Source: Lama guanicoe (lineage: Eukaryota). From it: DNA of 64,000 nt. The notes beneath the pieces were generated by a model. It was not told where the DNA came from and ran no database searches. It saw nothing but the letters and a program-made list of their open reading frames with translations. Numbering within the stretch: position 1 is the stretch's first letter; each line of letters opens with the position of its first letter. The stretch is taken from positions 6,060,626 through 6,124,625 of the forward strand of contig MU054220.1 of NCBI GenBank assembly GCA_013239625.1, given 5' to 3'. Below are positions 24,575 through 35,827 of this stretch, piece by piece. A program made the position numbers and the translations under genes.

Positions 24575-27350
24575 CTTAATCTTTAATTTAGCTTTATTTT
24601 ACTATATAAGACTTTTTACACAAAGTGTTATAACAAATAGCTTTATACTAACCCAGTCAAATATTTTATTCAAGAATGCTGTATTCAAAAGTATATCTAC
24701 CTAATAATCCAAGATGGTACTCACTCTGGACCCAGTTTCAATATAATGAAAGAGCAGTATGTATGACTACAAATAAATGCATACAAATGACACGAATAAA
24801 ACTGTGTTTCCTGATGCCTAGGACTACCTTCATGACATACGTTAAAATGTTTGTGGCAGACAGACATGTCCTCAAAGTCCTTTCTTTTAGAGAGGCATTG
24901 AATCACTACATAAGCATGTTTTGCATCATTGTACAAATTTTTAAATATTCCTATCACAGGTCACATAAATGTAATTTAATGATTCGCAGAATTGTGTAGA
25001 AATTGTTTAAAATTTTTTGTACTTTAATTTTCCATTTTTAAATGTGCAACCTTTAACAACATTAATTACTAACTGCTTTTTGACTTCATCATCCAACCCC
25101 ATGTGGGAGCCCATGATTGGGTAAACAAATTGTAACAGACCCCAGCCGCTTGTCTCCTTAAAGAAGAGCAAATGTGCTTAGTAACTGCCTTGCTTGCATA
25201 GTTGAGGGTTTAGATAGCACTCTGCTTCTTGCAAAGCAACAACCCAGGCCCTTGGCTATAAACGCTGGGCGTGCCTGCTGTTAAATAGTCTTCTATCCCC
25301 AAAGCAAGGAACTGGCTGGGCTGGTGGTCTGCTTTAACATATCTATAAGAATGTATCTTGCTCCCCTCTTCCCATGACTTCCCTAAAGGTAAACTGTAGG
25401 CCCCCAAAGGAAGGAGCCTGGGGCTGGAATGGTAAACAAGTTATAAAAAGCTGCAGACTCAGAGGTGAGAAGGCTGGTTAGCCACTGACGGGTGAGACCC
25501 CCAGAAGGGGGCAACCTAAGACAGGCACAGCCGCCTTGAGTCCAAGAAAAATGTTAAGCAGCTTCTTCTCAGACGTTCTGCCCTGATAAGCTGTAAGGCT
25601 CGCTGATGTCATCAGGAACATGACTTACCAAAGCATAAAGGATCTTCTGACCTTGAGCCAGACTCTACAATCTAGATCCCACCTGTCTTTCCCTACTGCA
25701 TTCCATCACACAACTGTCAGTGATTTCTCCTTTGATTGTACACAATAAATTTGGGGGTGTTTGAGAGGCTCATGGAGATGGCTCCCGACTCCCTCTCGCT
25801 CTCTTGACTTTTCCACAGAGTCTTGAGTAATTCATTCCGTTTCGGTGGGACTTCTGCTGGCCAGAACCCACAACTGGTGACGAACCCACAACCACAACAG
25901 AATTTGATTTGGTTTCAGGAATTGCGTCCTTTTACCAAAGCCTGAACTTGGAAATGCAACAGCACAAGTGCAAAAGCGACTGTGCAGCCTGAAGCTGCAA
26001 ACCCTACGCCAGTAGCTCTCTACCAGATGAGTCTTGTTTCTAGCCTACAGCTGGCTAGCGTCAGCATCACCTCAGAGTGCAGAATTAGAGAGAAGAACCT
26101 GGAAGGTTGCTGCTCTACCAGCACAGACGGGCGGTTTTAGACTTTTATATCAACTTCTTGCCCTGTTAAGTGGGCAAAGGGATTTTCACCTGTGTAAATA
26201 TGCATGTGTTCCTTTTAAACTGTCAGCATCAGAAAAGTCTTGTAGCAGATTTTGCAGGCACTCTTCTGAGCTCCCTCTGCGACTAAGACGTTGACCCCTG
26301 ATGAGGCCTTCTTGCACTTTGACAGAACACCGACAGATGCCCTCATTGTAGGTGGAACGCCAGCATGGCACGGATGACCATGTTCTAATGAGGATGTGAC
26401 CCCATTCATCATCGCCAGGAAGCAGCAGAGTTTTTAGAATCTGTGAGTTCCTGACAGTTCTTACAAATAGCATTGAGGCGATACTGTGAAATGTTACTGG
26501 CTCCTCCTCTTCGGGAATCCATCCTTACCCTGGGGACAGAATAGTGGAGACTTAAACCAGACCGAGAGAAACAGAACCCAGACAGTTCATGGCGGCCCAC
26601 CATTTCCTTCATAGGCCTAACAGAATGGAATCTGTAAGTTCATTGGACAGGTTTTCCATGTGAGATCCAGGGGCATGTGAATACCAGTCTGTAGGCCCAG
26701 CCTCTGGATTCAGGAAACAAATTGCCTCACACTCCCATCTGAAGTCACTAGTGATGCTGTCGGTGGTACATTATTGTCACTATTCTGATCTATGCTAAAA
26801 TTACTCCTTCTGCTCTTTTAAAGTAATTTGAAATGCTAAAAGTAGGCTTCTGTTCTAGGTTATAATCTAGGTTATTCTAATATATGAATGTGATCTACCC
26901 AGCCGCTGCAAGGCTGGAGAACTGAAAAACTCTGAGGTCTTTCTTCTCAGCAGTTACAACCATTCCTTCCACCTTCTCGGATTCCCTACCTTCAGCTGTG
27001 AGCCCACATAGTTCACTTTCTCCTGTGGTTCAGGGAGCCCAGGGTTAACGATTTAGACACCATTCTCATGTGCTTTTTCTCAAAGAGGCCAACTTAAGGA
27101 TTTTGACAATGAAAACCACTATTCTCAGCTGCAGCTTCCTGCTCAAAACTTATTTCAACTTGTGATGCCATTGGCAGCTATGCTGTATTAACAGTATGGT
27201 ATGAGCTGGGCACCTAGACAAATCTTGAGTGCTGAAAGAGCGGTCAAACATGACAATACTATCTTCCTGGTTTTTGGTCATGTCATCTGATTGAGGGTTG
27301 TCCATTTTCTGCCCCGGGTTGTTTTCACTATGTTCATATAGCTTGTGTTT
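24575..27350 (-). pseudogene. ZBTB5: 5'-truncated, degraded processed pseudogene of ZBTB5 (CDS-like part 26085-~27350; presumed 3'UTR to ~24575, split by an LTR)
   Basis: - strand frames read NQEDSIVMFDRSFSTQD, NLEQKPTFSISN, RSGLSLHYSVPRVRMDSRRGGASN, MMNGVTSSLEHGHP...VLSKCKKASSGVNVLVAEGAQKSACKICYKTFLMLTV*KEHMHIYTGENPF and SSNLPGSSL* (TAA 26085-26087). These are colinear with the ZBTB5 C-terminal half as I recall it (VLSKCKKALSEHNVLVVEGARKYACKICCKTFLTLTDCKKHIRVHTGEKPY...SSNLPSTLL). Several stops and frameshifts; no BTB domain seen; AATAAA on - strand at 24593-24598. The UTR extent is inferred. Confidence 0.9.
25102..25890 (+). mobile_element. ERV solo LTR inserted in the pseudogene 3'UTR
   Basis: Terminal inverted TGTGGG...CCCACA; TATAAA 25257 and TATAAAA 25442; AATAAA 25744-25749; flanks ccca/acca are TSD-like; CpG-richer than flanks. 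Confidence 0.85.
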
Positions 27351-27359
27351 CATTAACCT

Positions 27360-28640
27360 TCTTATCTTTGTGGTTTGTGCTTTTATGAAATTTGGGAAGG
27401 CTTTTAATCATTATTTATTCAAATATTTTTTCCTGGTCTTCTTTCTCTTTTCTGGGACCCCAATTCCACATATTTAACCACTTGATATTATACCAGAGGT
27501 AGATTTTTATTTTGTTTCAACCAGAAGTAGATTTTAATTTTGTTTCAGTCTTTTATTTTTAACTCTGTGCTCTATTTTTAATTGTTTTTATATCTATATG
27601 TTTTCTTCTGCAGCATTGAAATTTGTCATTACCTCTCCTTCAGTACATTTTTCATATCAGATATTTATTTCTCAGTTTCAGAAATTTATTTCTCAGTGTG
27701 GTTTTTTGTTAACTTTTTCATTTCTTTCATTGCCATTTTTATATTTTACTGAACATATGCAGATATTTATAATAGCTGTTTTGACACATTTGCCTGCAAA
27801 TTCTATCATATCTATTCTTTCTAGATATATTTTGATTGATTTTCTTCTGGTTAAGTTTCAGATTTTTCTGTTCATTTGGATGCCTGATTATTTTTAATTG
27901 GATGCTAAACATTAAAAATTTTATGTTACTGAGTGCTAGATTTTGCTATATTTCTTTAAATAATGGTGGGCCTTTTGGGGACACACAATTAAGTTATTTG
28001 GAATCAGTTTTATCTTTTTGAGTCTTGCTTTTAAAATTTGTTAGAACAAGTGCAGAGCAAGCTTTTTTCTAAGATTAATTTAGCCTCATTATGAAACTGT
28101 TATACATCTGAAGTCTACCCCCTGCCTTATGAACTGCAGAGTTTTCCCACAAGGCTGGAAGAAACATAACCTATTCATAGCTATGTTAGCATTTGAAATT
28201 TTTTGGTCTACTGCTCCCTGGTTTTCCTTTCACTGTATTGGGTAGTTTCTCTCATGCATATGCGAATCAGTACTCAGCCAGAGATTAAGGGGCCCTCCAG
28301 GAGGCTCTCCAAGCATCCCCCTCTGTCTCTTCCTCATGCCCCCCAAATTCTAGCCGTCTTATCCTCTGAACACTCTACCCTCTGAATCCTCAGGTCTGTT
28401 TGAAGTCTTCATCTCTTCACTGTGATCTGGAAACTGTTTCTGTACATTTAGTTTGGGAAAACATGGGCTAACCTTGTTTGGTTTTCTCTCAGTTATCACA
28501 GTTTTGTTCTGCCTGTTGTCCAATGTCTGAAAACCCTTGATTTCATATATTTTGCCTGCTTTTCTGGTTTTTGTTTTTATTTAAGCAGGAAACTAAATCC
28601 AGTCTCTGTTACTCCATTATGGCCTGAAGTGGAAATCTCT
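27360..28640 (-). mobile_element. Old L1M 5'/ORF1 region
   Basis: aaatttgggaagg...ttcaaatatttttcc...tctgggaccccaattccacat; ctgcctgttgtccaatgtctgaaaac; includes a 28-bp duplication at 27492-27547. Confidence 0.75.
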
Positions 28641-30074
28641 AATTTACTTATTTATTTTCTGTTTTGTTTATCTTACCTATAATGAAATGAAAGCTTTATA
28701 AGGAAATAGATATTTGTGACTGATTTATTCATTGAGGTATGTATGCCAACTACCTAGAATAGTTCCTTGCACATGGTAAATACTAAAAAGTTATTTGTTG
28801 AATTAATGAGTAAATAAGTAGATAAATAAAACAATATAACTTCATAGTCTGTGTTCTCATCCTTTAGCGTACATTGTTTTTATTTTTCAGAGGAAGCCTC
28901 CATCCTACTGAAAGTTTTTGACTGCTTGGCCAGTTTCCTTATTACATGTTACAGCCACTATTTAGCAAAATCATTTAATTATGCCCTGGAGGTTCTAAAA
29001 ATTGTTTGACTTAGATGATGGTATTTATGATGAAGTGGAAGAAAGGAAATACTCCAAAAACTTTCAGTGTTTCATAAGGCCTACAATTAGGTAATGTAAT
29101 ATCCAAGGTCAGCTTTCTAGTAAGAGATAGACTTGAATATTTATGCTCAATTTTGGAAGCTCCCTCTTTCACTGCTGTTCCCCCAATCCAGTTATGGTAG
29201 GTATTGTGCAGTCAGGAATCTCTATTAATATGAAAACTCAGCTGAAAGAAAGTTAATCAAACAGTCAATCAGTTTTTTAAATCAAAAAAATAATAAAACA
29301 CCTCTAGTCTTAAAAATTACCGTCATTAATCAGCACTAGGAACAGCAGCAAATAATAAATGAACCCAGAACACCAATGGCAAAGAAGGAAGTTTATAACC
29401 CTGTTCAGGAAGGTTTGTCTTGGAAAGGCCTCAGCTAACAGAGTAAGAATGTGCCATTTGCCTCAGGACTTGAAAAGAAAAAAAAAAAGCAACAGAGAGC
29501 ATTAAGGGGAAAAATTACCATCTTAAATACATTCCTACACATGTTAGAAATGAACTGACTTTTGAAAGCTATTACCCGTTAATTGGAAAATCACAGAGCA
29601 GATGGAACCAATTAATCTACAATTGCAGAATTACTACAATCCAAACAAAAATAATTAACTCATTTGCAAGATATAATTTTTTTAAAGAAACTTTCCTCTA
29701 AATATCTCTAAAATTGGGCAAGAGGCACAGCATTTCATTGTCATAGGGGAGTTTAAACCATTCCTGGGGGCTTAATTTCCCTTCAGGATAAAGAGGAGCT
29801 GGTCTTATTGTGAAATGTTCAGCCCTAACTTCCAAAAAAAGAATGCAGATGTAAAGCATGTTAAGCCAATTCGTTTAAGACTGTTATTTGTATCTACTAC
29901 ACATGAAGAACTGTATTAGTTGCGGATTATAAAATGGTGACTGATAATAGGTAAGAATTTTGCAGTCATGGAGTTTAGAGTCTAGTGTGTGGCAAATACC
30001 AGATCAATGCCCAAATAAATGCCAAATCGCAATCTTAATTCATGCTGTGAAGAAGGGCTACATGGTATAATGTG

Positions 30075-30330
30075 TGCTATAGGATGAATGTTTGGATTCT
30101 CCCCCGAGTCATATGTTGAAACCTAGTCTTCAGTGTGATGATATTTGAAGGTGATGACTTCAAGAGTGATTAGTTCATGAGGGTAAAAACCTCATAAATG
30201 GGATTAGTGTCCATATAAAAAGGGCCCCATGGAGCTCCCTTACTCCTGCCATGTGAGGAATAAGTTTCTGTGGTTTATAAGCCACCTAGTCTATGTTACT
30301 TTGTTACAGCAGCCTGAGCAGACTAAGACA
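30075..30330 (+). mobile_element. MaLR LTR (MLT1A-like, internally deleted)
   Basis: tgctataggatgaatgttt...catatgttgaaacct...atgggattagtg...ttgttacagcagcctgagcagactaagaca. Confidence 0.85.
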
Positions 30331-30399
30331 CCTAACTGTTGTTCCAATTTATTATTGTACTGTCTTCAGAAAGTTTACAGGCTGGGTTACAAGGAGGGA

Positions 30400-32500
30400 A
30401 ATTCAGGAAGAAAAGCAGGTAGATTCTCTGAAGAGACGGAATCAGGGTTCAGAGAGACAGAGGGAGAGAGCTAAAGCTCACAGAACATAGTCCTATACTA
30501 AAGAGAACTTCAAAAAGAGAGAATTTCAGATACTACTGTTAGATCCTTCTCAGATACTCATCTGAGTTCTGATTCACACATGCATTTGATGAATTATCGA
30601 AGAGTGAGAAAGACTTTCTGAGAGTTAGAGGCAGTACTTATCTGTGCACAAAAAAGGCTGGTGACAGTGCTTATTCCCTTTAGAAAAACAAACAAAAAAA
30701 TACGTCATGCTCAGTGGCACATCAGGTAGAGTCCTAAGAAGGTCCTTACCCCACTAGTGGAGTATGATTAGTTCTAAACCAACACTGCTTTCGTCCCACT
30801 CAACAAATCTTAAAACAAACATAAAAAGATCAAATTGTATGTGAGTAACTTAACCATGTCACAGAACAAAGTTTAGAAATATTTGCAGGAATATAGACAC
30901 TTTGCACCCAAAAAGGTAAAATTCACCATGTTTGGCAGTTGATTAAAGAATACTAGATAGGTATAGGGAAAGACAAACCATAAGAAGAAGAATTATAATT
31001 AAAAAATGACTCAGAAATAACATAGATATTAGGGTTGGCAGACATGGATAGTAAAACAGGTAATATAACTGTTCCAACTGTGCAAAAAGTTAAGTAGAGA
31101 CATGGAAGATATAAAAAAGAATCAAAAAGGCCTTCTAGAGATGAAAATTAAAATGTCTGAGGTGAGAACTACAGTGGATGAGATCAATAGCTAATTAGTT
31201 TGTAGAAAAATATCCTTGAACTTGAAGGCATGACAAAAGAAACCATTCAAGATGGAACACAGAGGAAAAACATTGAAAAAAAAATGATACCATCAGTGAG
31301 CTATGAAAGAACTTCAAGCAACTTCATATATACGTAATTGGAGTCCCCAAGGGAGAGGGGAGACGGGACAAAATAAACATTTGAGAAATCATGACCAGAA
31401 ATGTATTAATTTGGTGAACACTGTAACTCACAAATCTAAGAAAACCAAAGTGCTTCAAGTGCCAGAAACATGAATAAAACTACTTGAAAGATGCAGTATA
31501 ATCAAATGGCTCACAACCAGTAATAAAGAGAATATTTTAAAAGCAGCCAGAGCAAAAAGACAGGAACACAGGTAATGATGACTTCTCAGCAGAAAACATG
31601 CAAGTGAGAAGACAGTAGAGCAACATCTTCAAATTCTGAAAGGAAATGAAAACTGTTAACCTAGAATTCTATACCTAGAGAAAGTAGTTTTTAAAAATGA
31701 AGGTGAAAAATGACCTTTTCTGACACACAGGAGACTTCAGCAGCAGTAAACCTGCATGTCATAAAATTTTAAAGGAAGGCTGTAGGTGAGAGGGAAATAG
31801 TAACAGATGGAATGATGGAGCATCACAAATGAGTAAAGAATGCCAGAAGTGTTAACTACGTAGGTAAATATATCATTTTTTAATTACAGTTGAAATCTCT
31901 TTAAAAATAAGTGACTTTTAAAACAAGGTAAAAATACAGTGTGAGGTTTGTAACATGTATTAAGTAAAATGTCTTTAAAAAAACACCATGCAAGTTAGGA
32001 GGGGAGAAATTGAATTATACAAAATTTAATGTTTATTCCCTTGCATAAAGTGGTATAACGTTGCTTGAAGTAAGTGTACTGAGATAAAGATGTATACTAT
32101 AAATCTTAGAATAACACTAATACAAAAAATACAAGGTTGTAAATAATAAGCCAACAAAAGAGATAAAATGGAATCATAAAATAGAAAAGGGGTATTAAGA
32201 ACAGAAGGGGGAAATAGAAAGCAAATAGCAAGATAATAGACTTAAAACTAATCACATCAATAGTTGCCTTGCATATAAATGATCTCAGCACATCAATTAG
32301 AAGACAGAGATTGCCAGGTTATATATAAAATCAAGACTCAAGCGTGTGCTGCTTGTAACAAACACATTTTAAATAATTGTCATAAATTAATTTGTTTGGA
32401 AAGGAAAAAATATAGCATGCTATCACTCGTTAAAGAAAGCTGCATCAACTACATTTATACCCAACTACATTTTAGAGAAAATAATATAAAGAAGGATCTT
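30400..32500 (+). mobile_element. Old L1M 5'UTR/ORF1 to ORF2-start remnant
   Basis: A-rich ORF1-like decay: gtaattggagtcccc, ttaaaagcagccagag, aacctagaattctatacctag. Confidence 0.8.
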
Positions 32501-34509
32501 CCCTTTTAATGAAAACCTAGAAGCTAGATGTTGGTTTTATGTATTTCAGCAAATAATTGAATTATTTATCTCAGAGCATAGAGTTATCTTATAAGCATCA
32601 TTGTCCTATTGGCCTGGACTGTAAAAAATTAGACCACACAAAGGATGCATGCAGCAAGAATAATGCTATAGTTCTAGAGAGAGAGACCAAATTAATTCTT
32701 TCTAAACATTTGCTTGTGGTGTATAGATGCTAACACAGAAAAACAAAAAAACAGGATTCAGGTTAATTCTTATTTCTTTAGTACATTAGAGGCCATAGAC
32801 ATGAGCACAGAAGCTTACAGGACTGTCAATAAATCAAAAAATTGTCTTTCCCCTTCTAGTCCTACAAATCCTAGAAATGGACTTTAATTGAAGCTGGCGG
32901 ATACTGGACATAGACAAAACACTTGCCAATATCTACCCAGAAATATTATCCAAAAGTCTAACGGTACTATTTCTGAAGGTTGATAAATCAAATACGGGGT
33001 TAGATCTCTGCCTATGCTTTGAGGCTCTTACACGTGAGATCTCCTGGCCGATACATCGTTTCTGTTCTGTTCTTACAAGCCAGATCCTCTCACTCGTTGA
33101 AACCCTTATTCAAGAAGTAGGTCAAGAAGCACAGTCCTCACAAAATCTTGTTACTCTGCACCAGAGTCTCTGGTTCCCCTCACCCTCAGCCCTGCACCAG
33201 TTTTAAAAATCAAACTGCTTTAATCAAACTTCAAAACATATGTATAACTTTTTTTCTGTCTGTCTGCCATGGATTTCATTTTAGTATTCATGTATTTTTT
33301 TTCCCCAGACAATTTCTAATGAATCTTGCAAGTCTCACATTTGGAGGAAACACATTTTGAAAGGTCAAGTAATTTGTCCAATGAAACAGTTAGTAGGGGA
33401 CAGAACTTAGATTAAGGCATTTATTTACTCAACAAAAATTTATTGAATGCCTAGTACATTCCAATCACTGTACTTGGCTTTAAGAGTGCCTTGGTAAATA
33501 AAATAGAAAAGACAAAAATAAGTCCCACCCTTTGGAGCTCAGATCTGTCTGATGGAGAACACATGATTTTGTTACTATCTCCTATGACTTCTCTACCAAA
33601 GAGCATCGAAACTTTCCCTTTCTAATTTCCCACCTAAGATGCCACCAAGAAGATATTTGAAATATTCCTTGAACAGAAACATTCTAATGAATGATAATAA
33701 ACAATATTTTAAGAAAATTTGCTGGAATAGAGAAGAGGCATGTAGTGACAGGATGAGGTGGGGCCTGATCTGCCGGCCCAGTGACTAGCTGTATGCCTTG
33801 CTGTGCCCAACATTTTTGTTGGGAAATGCGTGCCTGAAATTCTACCACAAAGCAAATGAAGTATTCATTTTTCCTCCATTGATTTTTACTTTTGAGCGAT
33901 AATCCTGCATCTTTGGTACAATGTGATAAGGAATTCATAGCTAAACCAAAATGAGAAAAAGGATCTCAGAAGAGAGATATTGATTGTACAGAGAAACACT
34001 GAATCTGTGTATTAGGTGGACATAGAAATCCAATGCAAACTACCTCAGAAAGGAAAAAATTTCATTTCGGGTAACGCTTGTTTCACGTACTTTTACAATG
34101 TCAATTAAGTACTGTTCACCATGTCCTGGGGGAGCTTTCTCCTCTCTGTCTTTATGCTACATACGGCTCTCTCCATTGGATGAGAAATACGCCCAGTTGC
34201 AAATCTAGGATTATGTAGCAGTTACAGCTCTTATTCTCAGAGGGAGAGTGTGCTAAAATTTAAATTTTATAAAGGATTACTTAAACTGAATATAATTATG
34301 TATTTTGGTATTACTGTTAATATTTAAGAGAGTCCAAAATCTTGTACCTTTTTTTAAATGAAGTAGTTTTTCAAGAGATTTTTTTTTCTCATTTTTACTA
34401 TCATTTGATTTAATTGTTCTTTCTGTTTATTGATTTATTTGCTCACATAGCACTAGGGTATTACAGGAAGTAATGCTTATTGGTTTTTCCTATATGTAAG
34501 GAACTAAAA

Positions 34510-35010
34510 TAGGCATTTACCTTCATTAATCACATTGCATTGTCACAACAGCCCTGTAAGGGAAGGCCTATTATTACAATCATTTAAAATGTAAGGAAAA
34601 TGAGTCTTAAAAGATTGTGCAAGTGTATATATCTAATAAACAGCTAAGCCAAGATGCGAACCCGGAAACTGAGCTTCTGTTAGGCAGAATGCTACTTTGC
34701 CTCTCTGACAGTACAGTAGGGAAAAATTAAATAATACTACAGTGTTTCCTCAAAATTAAATTCTTAAATCTTTATTCTTACTAAAGACTGTATTTTAAAA
34801 AAAGACATGCTGTAATAAGAGATATCAAACCCTAGTGTAACATATGAATTCAAATCCCAACTGCACCACTGACTAGCTATGAACATTTAGGCACTCAGCT
34901 CAAATTGTACATACAAGAGTTTCATCAAATGTTAAAATAGAATGTCTACATCAGTTTATTTTGTGAAGATTAATTTAAATAATCTATTGCTTGTATAGTA
35001 GGCAGATTGT
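34510..35010. mobile_element. Two MIR fragments (- ~34510-34680, + ~34840-35010)
   Basis: cacaacagccctgtaagg...gtaaggaaaatgag; ttcaaatcccaactgcaccactgactagct. Confidence 0.65.
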
Positions 35011-35059
35011 ACTATAGCCAATAATAACATGAAAGCCAGGTAAAATATAAAAATTGTTT

Positions 35060-35787
35060 ATGTAAAGATGTAGAGGGCAAGAACTTTTGCATTCTACTTG
35101 ACTGTAAAATGACATAACCACTTTGGAAAACTCTTTGGTGATTTCTCAAAAACAAATATGTATCTATCACAACCCAGAGATTCTACTTCTAAGTATTTAT
35201 TGAAAAAAATGAACATATGTTCACACAGAGTTGTGCAAGAATGTTTACAGAAACTTGTCCAGGATAGACCCAAATTGGAAACAACCAGAATTCCTATTAG
35301 CAGATGAATGAATTTTTTAAAAACTTGTGTTAATTCCATACAGGGGAATAATGCACATAGATATAAACTACCTGATACACACAACAGGGATGAATCTCAA
35401 AATCATTACTCCGAGTGAAAGAAGCTGAGTACAGAGAGGTACATACAGTGTGTTTCTACACATTTAATAGTGTGGTAAATGCACAGTAATTTCTGGTTAC
35501 AAGAAATTGATCAGTTGTTGCCTGAAGAAGGGAGCAGAGGGAGGAACAGACTGCAAAGGAATGTGAGGGTCTTTGGAAGGGAATAGAGATTTTATGTATC
35601 TTGATTGTGGTGGTAGTTTCATGGGTATCTACATCTCTGTCAAACTTAGCTGTACACTTTAAATGGATGCAGTTTATTGTATGTAAATATTTATGCCACA
35701 GTTAACTTCAAAAATGGAGAGACATTCCACATACACAGATTGGAGGACTCAAAATTTCATGTGGGTGTGTATGTATATGTATATGTA

Positions 35788-35827
<40 letters not shown>

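Noticed and set aside
26085..27350. Functional ZBTB5 gene or paralogue
   Set aside because: Several in-frame stops and frameshifts, zinc-ligand losses, a deletion in finger 2 and no BTB domain
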